From NCBI GenBank assembly GCA_963675295.2, contig CAXXKJ010000002.1:3936001-4000000 (forward strand): a stretch of DNA of 64,000 bases, in the 5' to 3' direction. Positions 10,348-19,372 of this stretch are shown here, piece after piece. This DNA is from a bacterium (GTDB taxonomy: Bacteria > Electryoneota > Electryoneia > Electryoneales > Electryoneaceae). The position numbers and the translations under genes were made by a program. Positions within the stretch are counted from its first letter, which is position 1, and each line of letters opens with the position of its first letter. The notes beneath the pieces are model-generated. The model ran no database searches. It was not told where the DNA came from and worked only from the letters and a program-made list of their open reading frames with translations.

Positions 10348-12309
10348 TTACTCGTCCCCTTCCCCCAACGCCGCCTCGAGGATCTTCGTTGACTGCTCCA
10401 TCATCGTCTTCGGGTCGATCAGCAGGCCGGCGGCGATCTGCGCGTTGGTCAGCAGCAGGCTGGCAGCCTGTTTTGCGAGCTGGTTGTCGGCGTCCTGCTT
10501 GCGCAGCGTGTTCAGCCGGGTCAGGATGTGGTGTTTCGGATTGATCTCGAGCACCAGCTGGCCGATCGGCATGCCGGTCTTGTTGATCGTCTGCATCACG
10601 CGTTTCATGCCGGTGGTCATGAACTCGTCCGGATTGACCAGCGCGGCCGGGCTCTTGACCAGACGCTTGCTGACACGGACTTCCTCGACGGCGTCCCCGA
10701 GCTGGTTCTTGATCCACGAGGCGAGGTCGCCAGCTTCCCGTTCCTCCTCAGACTTCGGCTCGTCCTTCTTGTCCCCGTCCTTGTCCTCGCCGGACTCATC
10801 GTCTTTGGACTCGTCCTTTACTGGCTCGTCGTCGAGTTTGAGGTCAGACTGGTCGGCGGAGATCAGCGGTTTGCCTTCGAATTCGCGCAGGTTGTTGAAG
10901 ACGAAATCGTCCACGCCCTCGTAGCAGTACAGCACCTCGAACCCGCGTTCCTGCAGGGCTTCGAGGTACGGCCCGGCTTCGATCGCATCACGGTTCGGAC
11001 CGCTGATGTAGTAGATCGCCTTCTGCGCCTCGGGCATGTTCTCGACATACGTCGGCAGGCTGGTGGATTCACCGACGGCGGTTTTGTCGGACTCGTAGCG
11101 CAGCAGCTTCGCGAGGTCATCGCGGTAGTCGAAGTCGGACGCGACTCCTTCCTTGATGAAGACGCCGAACTGCTTGAAGAACTCGTCGTATTTCTTCGCG
11201 TCTTCGTCCGCCTGTTCGGCGAGGAACTTGATCAGCTTCTTGGTCAGCACCTTGCGCAATTTGGCGACGAGGGCGCTGTCCTGCATCGTTTCACGGCTGA
11301 TGTTGAGCGGCAGATCCTCGCTGTCGACGACGCCACGGATGAAGCGGAAATAGTCCGGCAGCAATTCCTCGACCTTGTTCTGGATCAGGACACGGCGGCA
11401 GTAGAGGCTGACGCCCGGCTCCATCCGGCCCATGCCGAACGATTCCATGTTCTGGCCGGGGACAAACAGGATCGAGCGGATCGCGAGCGGCGCGTCCGCG
11501 TTGAACTGCAGGTGATACATCGGCTCGTCGAAGGCATCCGCGACGAACTTGTAGAACTCCTTCAGCTCGTCCTCGGTGATCTCGGACGGATTTTTCGTCC
11601 ACAACGGCTGGACGGTGTTCACCTGCTCATCGTTGACGAAGATCGGGTAGGCGACGAAGTTGCTGAAGCGCTTGATCAGCTCCTTGATCTCGTCGGCCTT
11701 GGCGTAGCGGTCCTTGTCGTCCTTGAGGTCAACGGTGATCGTGGTACCGCGCGGCAGGGATTCGGTCTCACGGATGTCGAACGAGCCCGCGCCGGCGGAC
11801 GACCAGACGACGGGCTTGGCGTCCGGGTCGGCGGAGCGGGTGTGCACGGTCACCTTTTTCGCGACCATGAACGCGCTGTAGAAACCGACGCCGAACTGGC
11901 CGATCAGGTCCTTGAGGTCGGTGCCGTTTTCGCCGAGCGACTGGAGGAATTCACGCGAACCGGAGTGCGCGATGGTGCCGAGGTTGCGTACGGCTTCGTC
12001 ACGGGTCATGCCGATGCCGGTGTCGCTGATTTCGAAGGTTTTCGCTTCCTCATCAACGCGGATCTTGATCTCGAGCGGCAGGTCGCTGTCGGCCATCGTG
12101 TCCTTGTCGGTCAGCTGCCGGTGGCGGGCTTTTTCCAGTGCGTCGGACGCGTTCGAGATCAGTTCGCGGACGAAGATCTCATGGTCGGTGTAGAGGCTGT
12201 TGATGACGATGTTCAACAGGTGCGAGACTTCCGCCTCAAATTGCATCGTCTCGGTCTTCGGTTTCTTGCTCGTGCTTTTACCGGTGCTCTTGGTCTTGCT
12301 CTCGCTCAT
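10348..12309 (-). CDS. htpG: Molecular chaperone HtpG (Hsp90)
   Basis: RELISNASDA, NLGTIAHSG, IGQFGVGFYSAF, GVVDSEDLPLNISRE, LEINPKH motifs. Confidence 0.97.
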   Translation of the reverse strand: MSESKTKSTGKSTSKKPKTETMQFEAEVSHLLNIVINSLYTDHEIFVRELISNASDALEKARHRQLTDKDTMADSDLPLEIKIRVDEEAKTFEISDTGIGMTRDEAVRNLGTIAHSGSREFLQSLGENGTDLKDLIGQFGVGFYSAFMVAKKVTVHTRSADPDAKPVVWSSAGAGSFDIRETESLPRGTTITVDLKDDKDRYAKADEIKELIKRFSNFVAYPIFVNDEQVNTVQPLWTKNPSEITEDELKEFYKFVADAFDEPMYHLQFNADAPLAIRSILFVPGQNMESFGMGRMEPGVSLYCRRVLIQNKVEELLPDYFRFIRGVVDSEDLPLNISRETMQDSALVAKLRKVLTKKLIKFLAEQADEDAKKYDEFFKQFGVFIKEGVASDFDYRDDLAKLLRYESDKTAVGESTSLPTYVENMPEAQKAIYYISGPNRDAIEAGPYLEALQERGFEVLYCYEGVDDFVFNNLREFEGKPLISADQSDLKLDDEPVKDESKDDESGEDKDGDKKDEPKSEEEREAGDLASWIKNQLGDAVEEVRVSKRLVKSPAALVNPDEFMTTGMKRVMQTINKTGMPIGQLVLEINPKHHILTRLNTLRKQDADNQLAKQAASLLLTNAQIAAGLLIDPKTMMEQSTKILEAALGEGDE

Positions 12310-12459
12310 GGTTGCTGTTCCACTTTATCATGATCGTTGAAAGGTTTTTCTGTTCCGGGCGTTGTGAATGGCCCGCTGACACCCGACTTGGCAACTGACC
12401 CCAAGCCGGGCCACGCAGCCCACTATCGACTTGCCGACTTTCGACTTCGTACTTGCCGA

Positions 12460-13479
12460 CTACTTCTCCCACTCGCGCGGGTTGAACGCGCTGCGGTTCG
12501 CGAGCATCTCCATCAGTTCCTTCTCATGCTTGGACGGTTTCGCCGGAATCTGGATCTGAATCTCGGCGAACAGGTCGCCCCGTCCTCCACCCTTCTTCGG
12601 CAGGCCCTGGTTGGCGAGACGCAGCTTCTGGCCGGACCGTGCGCCGGGCTTGATCGTCACCTTGACCTTACCGTCAAGGGTCGGCACGGTGACCGTCGCA
12701 CCCCGCATTGCCTCCCACGGCGAAACCGGCAGCGCCATGCGGAGGTCGTGTTCGTCCGGCTTGAAATAGGGGTGCGGCTTGAGCCGGACGGTGAGGAACA
12801 AATCCCCCGGCTGCCCGCCGGCGACACCCGCGCCGCCCTGCTTTGGGACACGGATCTTCATCCCGTCCTTGACAAACGGCGGGATCTTGACGTCCAGTGT
12901 TTTCTGCGTCGGCGGCTGCACCCCACCCTGCGGCGTGTGCTGCAGGCTTACACGGTGGCTGCCGCCCGCGAGCGCTTCCTCGAGCGTCAGGTCGAGGTGC
13001 GCTTCGTGGTCGAAGCCCTTCATGCCGGGACGTCCGCCCGGTCGCGCCCCCTGCTGCCCACCAAAGCCAGCGAATCCACCAGAGCCACCCTGGCCGCCCA
13101 TGCCGCTGGAGGTGGAGAATCCACCGAAGCCCCCGCCACCAAAAAACGCATCGAAGAAATCGCTGAAGCCGGAGAATTCCTGCTGCTGGTGACGGCCGCC
13201 TCCGGGGCGCGTGCGGAATCCGCCTTCCCAGCCCGGCGGGGGACGGAATCCCTGTCCCTGCTTCCAGTTGGCGCCAAGCATGTCATATTTCTTGCGCTTG
13301 TCGGGGTCTTTCAGCACCTCGTACGCTTCCCCGACCGCCTTGAACTTGTCCTCCGCGCCGGAGTCCTTGTTCACGTCGGGGTGGTATTTGCGCGCGAGCT
13401 TGCGGTAGGCCTTGTGGATTTCGTCCTGGCTGGCCTTACGGTCGACTCCGAGCGTCTTGTAATAATCTTTGTATTCGAT
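12460..13479 (-). CDS. cbpA: Class B J-domain co-chaperone (CbpA/DnaJ, no zinc finger); non-canonical start
   Basis: Frame extends 35 codons upstream of the tracked ORF: (I/M)[37 protein letters not shown]; HPD motif, G/F region, DnaJ_C domain. Confidence 0.85.
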   Translation of the reverse strand: MEYKDYYKTLGVDRKASQDEIHKAYRKLARKYHPDVNKDSGAEDKFKAVGEAYEVLKDPDKRKKYDMLGANWKQGQGFRPPPGWEGGFRTRPGGGRHQQQEFSGFSDFFDAFFGGGGFGGFSTSSGMGGQGGSGGFAGFGGQQGARPGGRPGMKGFDHEAHLDLTLEEALAGGSHRVSLQHTPQGGVQPPTQKTLDVKIPPFVKDGMKIRVPKQGGAGVAGGQPGDLFLTVRLKPHPYFKPDEHDLRMALPVSPWEAMRGATVTVPTLDGKVKVTIKPGARSGQKLRLANQGLPKKGGGRGDLFAEIQIQIPAKPSKHEKELMEMLANRSAFNPREWEK

Positions 13480-13702
13480 GGCACGGCTCCTGTGAGCTGT
13501 GTTTCGTTTGGTTTCATGCGCCGAATTGGCAGACTATACCTGCAATTACGGCAGACAGTTTCTGTCGAATCGTCAGGCTCGCGCGTCACCCGGATCGGGT
13601 ATTTTCCGCGAACTCGGGGTATTGTCACCGGTTCAGGCGAAAGTGGACCAACGCGTGGTCGTTGTCTGCGGATGGATTTTGCAAGGTGCGTGCCTCAAAA
13701 GA

Positions 13703-13882
13703 CAGGTGTGAGGTGTGAGGATTGAGGTGTGAGGAAAAGACAACAATACCACGGACTGAAGTCCGCGGTAAGAAAAAAAGCATTGCTCACTTCGCGTAAC
13801 TGACAAATGAACCGGGGACAGCCGCGCGCGACTGTCCCCGTCAGGTCTTAGCTCACTGCTCACACCTCATACCTCACACCTG
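13703..13882. repeat. 180-bp element bounded by 24-bp heptamer-built inverted repeats, containing two REP-like hairpins
   Basis: Left caggtgtgaggtgtgaggattgag; right ctcacacctcatacctcacacctg; internal hairpins at 13747-13770 and 13813-13840. Confidence 0.75.
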
Positions 13883-13887
13883 CTTCA

Positions 13888-15078
13888 TCACACCTGGAAC
13901 GTGAACACGTCTTCCTGGTCGCAGCCATCGGCGACGATCACCCGCTTGTCGGGAGTGATCAGAACATCGTTCTCGGTGCGGACGCCGAATTCGGGCAGGT
14001 AAATGCCGGGTTCAATCGAGAACAGGGTACGTGGGATCAGGGGCCGCAGCTCTTTTGTCTCGAGGTTGTCGATGTTCGCGCCGTTGCCGTGTGTGACGGT
14101 GGTGATCGAGTGGCCGGTGCGGTGGATGAAGTAGTCGCCGTACCCGGCGGCAATGATCGGTTCGCGGACGGCCTCATCGACCTCCCAGCCGTACACGGCC
14201 TGGCCCTGCTCGTAGCGGGATTTGACGAGGTTGAACCCGGCCCTGCGGGCGTCGCGTGCGAGCTGCCACACTTCCTGCATCTTATCCGGAACGGTCGGGC
14301 CCATGTAGCCCATCCACGTTTCGTCTGCGACGACGGACAGCGGATCATCTCCCTCGCTCGCCCACAGGTCGATCAGCACGAGGTCGCCGGGTGCAAAGGC
14401 GGCGTCCTTGCCCAACTCCGGGCTGTAGTGCGGATCGGACGCGTGCGCGTTGGCGGCGACAATCGGCGGATGTTCGGTGATCATCCGGTGTTCTTCGAAG
14501 CGGCGCATGATCAGCTGCTGGACTTCGTATTCACGGACCTCCTCGCCGGTGATCAGCTTGGCGTGGATGTACTCGAAGCCCTCGCGGGCGATATCACGGA
14601 TCAGGACGGCCGAGCGCAGGTGCGATTCGATCTGCGCATCGCTGAGCACGGCCTCGAACTGCTGAATCAGCTCGGCGCTGGAGACGACCTCGACGCCGAA
14701 ACTGCGGACCAGCTCGACAGTGCCAGCGTCCACCCAAGCCACGGTCGGGATCAACGCGTTCGGGCTGTATTCCATCGCGATAGTCCTCGCGCCACCGATC
14801 AGAGTTTTCAGCTTCTCGTGCAACGACTGGTAGCTGAGGTAACGATCCTCGCTGCCGGGCAGGTGTTCGAGTGTGTGTGGCTCGATGGCGTGATGCAGCT
14901 TGCGCGGTTCGCCCTCGGTCGGGATGAAATAGAACGCGCGGCGGGAGATGTGGCCGTCCAACGGCAGGCCGAGGGTCGCCAGTGCGGTCGGGTTGCGGTC
15001 ACGCCAGACGTAGAGCAACCAGCCGTCAACGTTGAGACGCTTGAGGTGGTCCTGGATCGTTTCGATGGAGTGGGTCAT
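13888..15078 (-). CDS. M24-family (Xaa-Pro) metallopeptidase
   Basis: LIDLW, ADETW, HRTGH, FSIEPGIY, GVRTENDV metal ligands. Confidence 0.9.
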   Translation of the reverse strand: MTHSIETIQDHLKRLNVDGWLLYVWRDRNPTALATLGLPLDGHISRRAFYFIPTEGEPRKLHHAIEPHTLEHLPGSEDRYLSYQSLHEKLKTLIGGARTIAMEYSPNALIPTVAWVDAGTVELVRSFGVEVVSSAELIQQFEAVLSDAQIESHLRSAVLIRDIAREGFEYIHAKLITGEEVREYEVQQLIMRRFEEHRMITEHPPIVAANAHASDPHYSPELGKDAAFAPGDLVLIDLWASEGDDPLSVVADETWMGYMGPTVPDKMQEVWQLARDARRAGFNLVKSRYEQGQAVYGWEVDEAVREPIIAAGYGDYFIHRTGHSITTVTHGNGANIDNLETKELRPLIPRTLFSIEPGIYLPEFGVRTENDVLITPDKRVIVADGCDQEDVFTFQV

Positions 15079-15214
15079 CGTGGGTTCCCGGTTATCGGTC
15101 GTCGGTGATCGGTCTGTGTGAAGTGTGCCCCGACTTGCTCGCAAGTCGGGATGATCGACAGGTTCAAGTTCTGGTGAACCCTACTTGCAAACAATCAGGG
15201 GCAAACACAAACGG

Positions 15215-15613
15215 CTACAATAAATCCGCCACGGTGGTTGTCGCGAGATACTCAACCAAGCCGCGCCGGTAGGGTTGCCAACGTGCGCCGAGGGCGTCGG
15301 TGAGGTGTTGCGGCGCGCCGTCCATGGCGTCCATCGAGGGGTCGTCCCCGGGGATATCGTCGGTGGCGGCGGCGATGTCGCTGAGTTTGATTTTTTGCGG
15401 CAGTCGTGCGAGTTTGACCCCGCCGCCGCGTCCCCGTTGGCTGTCGAGCAGGCCTTCGCCGGCCATCGCGGACAGCACCTTGCTCAGGTAACTGGCGGGC
15501 AGGCCGGTTTCTTCCGCCAGCTCACCCGATTGCCATCGTTTCTCCGGATCGTCCGCAGCGGCCATGTGCACCAGCGCACGGACACCGTATCCCCAGCTTT
15601 TCGAGAACGCCAT
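15215..15613 (-). CDS. Rrf2-family transcriptional regulator (cysteine-free)
   Basis: YGVRALVHMA, YLSKVL, SQRGRGGGVKLAR, terminal TTVADLL; no Cys. Confidence 0.88.
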   Translation of the reverse strand: MAFSKSWGYGVRALVHMAAADDPEKRWQSGELAEETGLPASYLSKVLSAMAGEGLLDSQRGRGGGVKLARLPQKIKLSDIAAATDDIPGDDPSMDAMDGAPQHLTDALGARWQPYRRGLVEYLATTTVADLL

Positions 15614-15854
15614 CAGTCCCTCGCAGTCGTTGTGGTACCGGCGAATATAAGGATAGTGTGTGGCCGGTCCACAGGCGATCGTGGTGTTTTTTCGCGCTGT
15701 GAAACCTTTCGGCTCATGACCCGTGAATGCTGGAGTAAGGAGCACAGTAGATGGGTCTCCGGGAGGCCACGTGTGGGTACCCTTTACGGGGGTTTAAAGC
15801 GATCTTACGGTTCCTCAAGAGCAACATTTCACACACTACGACGGAGGATTTCCG

Positions 15855-17405
15855 ATGGCGGTAATTCCCTTCAAAAACGAGCCGTTCACCGATTTCAGCG
15901 TACCCGCGAACAAGGCGGCGTACGAAGCGGCGTTGGAGAAGGTGCGTGGCGATTTCGGCAAGCACTGGGAGCTGTTGATCGCGGGCGAACGTGTCGCCAG
16001 CGACAAGAAGATTGAATCGTACGATCCGGCCGATCCGAACACCGTAGTCGGCAGCGTCGGCAAGGCGAACAAGGACCAGGCGATCAAGGCGATCGACACC
16101 GCGCACGAGTATTTCATGAACGAGTGGCGGTTCGTTGACGGTCACGCTCGTGCCCGCATCCTGCTGCGTGCCGCCGCGATGCTGCGTGCTCGCAAGCATG
16201 AGTTCAGCGCGACGATGACGTACGAAGAGTCGAAGAACTGGGCGGAGGCGGACGCCGACACGGCTGAAGCGATTGACTTCCTCGAGTTCTACGCGCGCGA
16301 AATGATGCGTTTGGATCGTGAGCAGGAAGTGGTGCCGTATCCGGGCGACGAGAATAATTTGTATTACGTCCCGCTGGGCGTTGCGGTTGTGATTCCGCCG
16401 TGGAACTTCCCGCTGGCGATCATGGCCGGGATGACGACGGCCGCGCTGGTGACTGGGAATACTGTCGTGCTGAAGCCGGCGTCGACCGCTCCGGTTATTG
16501 CCGCGAAGTTCATCGACCTGTTGCTGGAAGCCGGGATGCCGGCGAAGGCGATCACCTTCTGCCCGGGCAGCGGTGGTGAGGTCGGCGACACGTTGGTCGA
16601 TCACCCGAAAACGCGTCTGATCGCGTTCACCGGTTCGAAGGAAATCGGCCTGCGGATTCACGAGCGCGCGGCGAAGGTGAATGAAGGCCAGCTGTGGATC
16701 AAGCGCACGATCCTCGAGATGGGTGGCAAGGACGGCATGGTTGTTGACGAAACCGCCGACCTCGATTACGCCGCCGATATGGCGATCGCGGGCGCGTACG
16801 GCTTCCAGGGCCAGAAGTGCTCGGCGTGCAGCCGTCTGATCGCGGTCGACGCGATTTACGACGAGCTGGTCGACAAGGTCGTCGAACGTGCGAAGAAGCT
16901 GAAGATCGACCACCCATCCAAGAACCCGAACATGGGTGCGGTGATCGACGCGGCCTCGCATGGCAAGATCCTCGAGTACATCGAGAAGGCGAAGAACGAC
17001 GGCAACGAAGTCGTCTGTGGCGGCAAGGCGATTGAGGGCGGTTATTTTGTCGAGCCAACGGTGGTCAAGAACGTGAAGGACACCGACACGATCGCGCAGG
17101 AAGAGATCTTCGGGCCTGTGCTGGCGTGCATCCGGGCGAAGGACTTCGAGGACGCGGTGCGCATCTTCAACGGCACCGAGTTCGGTTTGACCGGCGGCTT
17201 GATTTCGAACATCCGTGAGCGTCTCGAACGCGCCCGCCGTGAGTTCCACGTCGGCAACCTGTACCTGAACCGGAAGATCACCGGCGCGCTGGTCGGCGTG
17301 CAGCCGTTCGGCGGTTTCAACATGTCAGGCACCGATTCCAAGGCCGGCGGCCAGGACTACCTCGGGCTGTTCATGCAGGGCAAGTCGGTGACGGAGAAGT
17401 TCTGA
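15855..17405 (+). CDS. pruA: L-glutamate gamma-semialdehyde (P5C) dehydrogenase
   Basis: FKNEP N-terminus, PWNFPLAI, FTGS, EMGGKD, GQKCSA, EEIFGPV, QPFGGF. Confidence 0.95.
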   Translation: MAVIPFKNEPFTDFSVPANKAAYEAALEKVRGDFGKHWELLIAGERVASDKKIESYDPADPNTVVGSVGKANKDQAIKAIDTAHEYFMNEWRFVDGHARARILLRAAAMLRARKHEFSATMTYEESKNWAEADADTAEAIDFLEFYAREMMRLDREQEVVPYPGDENNLYYVPLGVAVVIPPWNFPLAIMAGMTTAALVTGNTVVLKPASTAPVIAAKFIDLLLEAGMPAKAITFCPGSGGEVGDTLVDHPKTRLIAFTGSKEIGLRIHERAAKVNEGQLWIKRTILEMGGKDGMVVDETADLDYAADMAIAGAYGFQGQKCSACSRLIAVDAIYDELVDKVVERAKKLKIDHPSKNPNMGAVIDAASHGKILEYIEKAKNDGNEVVCGGKAIEGGYFVEPTVVKNVKDTDTIAQEEIFGPVLACIRAKDFEDAVRIFNGTEFGLTGGLISNIRERLERARREFHVGNLYLNRKITGALVGVQPFGGFNMSGTDSKAGGQDYLGLFMQGKSVTEKF

Positions 17406-17674
17406 ACAGACAGCTGTGAGCGATGAGCTCTGAGCCGTAAGCAACTGCGAGCGGGTCACATTCTTCGGGATGTGGCCTGTTTCATTGCCTCTCACCCGCA
17501 ATCTCCACAGGGACTCTTTTCAATCCTGGCACTACCCTGTACATCAGGGTGTCTCTCCAGCCGTAATTCAAGATTATTTACCAGAGTAGGGGCAGATCTA
17601 ACATCGTAGTATCATGGATACTGGTCAATCCTACCCAATTGACCAAACGATGTATCGCGACACAAGAGGTAGCG

Positions 17675-19174
17675 ATGAATGGTCTGCGATTCAGTGTATT
17701 CCTTGTCTTGGTCACGACCACTGTCTTTTCAGCGGTTGCGCAGACACCAGACACGGTATGGACGCATATCCTTGATGCGGACGGGTTAATAAGCGGGCAG
17801 AGTGTCGAACAGACCTCCGATGGCGGTTTTATTGTCGCCAGCAGGGAATTGATGTCATCGCCCCGCCGGACCCTGTTGACGAAAACGGACTGGCAGGGAA
17901 CGGAGATCTGGTCACAGCTTTATGATTTTGGCGCCAATTCGGCCGGAAACGATGTGAAACAAACGTCTGATGGCGGCTATATCGTTGCAGGTTATGCGGG
18001 AAACAATTCCTTACTGCTGAAAACAGACTCTAATGGAACAACTTTATGGTCTAATATCTACTCATTTCTTCAGTATAATACACTATATGATGTATATATA
18101 ACGTCAGATGGAGGATACATGGCATCTGGAAGCAATCATCATGGACTTCCACAGATTTATGAGGCTTTCCTTATTAAAACTGATCCTCTTGGTAATCTGG
18201 AATGGATACAAACATACGATGATAATCACGGAGGCTATGGGCAGCCTACAAGCGACGGTGGTTATATAATAGCAGGCTCTACATATATTGGAACGTATGC
18301 CTCAGCCTGGGTATTGAAAACGGATCAGACAGGTAATGCAGTTTGGGAACGTACTATCGGAGATGGGGAGGATACCAGCAAATCGTTGTACGATATCCGG
18401 CAAACATCAGATGGTGGATATATCGGCACTGGTTTGTACACTTCAAATCCCGGTTCATACACTTCACATTCGGACAACTATCTTCTCAGGCTGGATGAAT
18501 CTGGAGATACCATTTGGGAAAGACATTTTGGTGGCTACTATGATGACCATGCGCTTTGTGTACGTGAAACAATGAGCGGTGGATTTATTATAGCTGGGTA
18601 TAAAGAAATTGACGATTATATGATAGATTCTTTCATATATATAGCAAAAGCCAATTCGTCGGGAAATGTCACATGGACCTGGACTTACAATTACGGCTAT
18701 TACCACTTTAACAGGGCAAGTGAAGTTGAACAAACGTCTGAGGGCCGGTACATTGCGATTGCGGACCAGTATCTTGGAGATTCGGATTGCGCCTGGCTGA
18801 TTCGTCTTGAAAGCGATGATCCGCAACCGTTGGTCACGATCACCCTGACCCCGTACAACACACCGATCCGTATCCCGGCTTCCGGAGGATCTTTCGAGTT
18901 AGACGCCTTCAGCACAAACGCACTGGTCAATCCGGCAGAAGGGCAGGTGTGGACCGTCGTCCAGCTTCCGAATGGTAACGATTATTTCAGTCCTCTTCTG
19001 TATCGCGCAACGATCACGTTTCAGCCCGGCGAAACGATTGTTTTCAACCGGCTTTCACAGCTCGTGCCAACTTACGCCCCTGCTGGTATCTATGTTTACA
19101 AGGCGCGCGCCGGCTACTTTCCGGGTCTGATTCTTGCCGAAGCAGAATTTGAATTCGAAAAGCTGGATGAATAG
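17675..19174 (+). CDS. Secreted beta-propeller repeat protein with C-terminal Ig-like module
   Basis: Signal peptide, QTSDGGY repeats, C-terminal IRIPASGGSF...VPTYAPAGIYVYKARAG...FEFEK. Confidence 0.85.
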   Translation: MNGLRFSVFLVLVTTTVFSAVAQTPDTVWTHILDADGLISGQSVEQTSDGGFIVASRELMSSPRRTLLTKTDWQGTEIWSQLYDFGANSAGNDVKQTSDGGYIVAGYAGNNSLLLKTDSNGTTLWSNIYSFLQYNTLYDVYITSDGGYMASGSNHHGLPQIYEAFLIKTDPLGNLEWIQTYDDNHGGYGQPTSDGGYIIAGSTYIGTYASAWVLKTDQTGNAVWERTIGDGEDTSKSLYDIRQTSDGGYIGTGLYTSNPGSYTSHSDNYLLRLDESGDTIWERHFGGYYDDHALCVRETMSGGFIIAGYKEIDDYMIDSFIYIAKANSSGNVTWTWTYNYGYYHFNRASEVEQTSEGRYIAIADQYLGDSDCAWLIRLESDDPQPLVTITLTPYNTPIRIPASGGSFELDAFSTNALVNPAEGQVWTVVQLPNGNDYFSPLLYRATITFQPGETIVFNRLSQLVPTYAPAGIYVYKARAGYFPGLILAEAEFEFEKLDE

Positions 19175-19372
19175 TGCTTCATAGATGAGGATCTGAAGCG
19201 ACTGTTGCGGACCAATACTGCAATTGACTTCAAACGGGACACCTTCGGAGAAAGTGTCCCGTTTTTGTTGCCACTAATGCGAAAATCCGGTATCTTTGGG
19301 ACGTAAAACACGAATGAACTGACTGCCAGAGCGCCGGAAGATTCGGCTGCCGGTTGCAACAGATTGGGAGAA

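Noticed and set aside
10528-13725. Long plus-strand ORFs (601 aa, 462 aa) and similar ones at 5640, 15714, 28416 and 41602
   Set aside because: Antisense shadows of well-supported GC-rich genes; no recognisable motifs.
9646-17541. Shared taccctgta upstream of two propeller genes
   Set aside because: Only 9 bp and in opposite orientation relative to the genes; plausible by chance.
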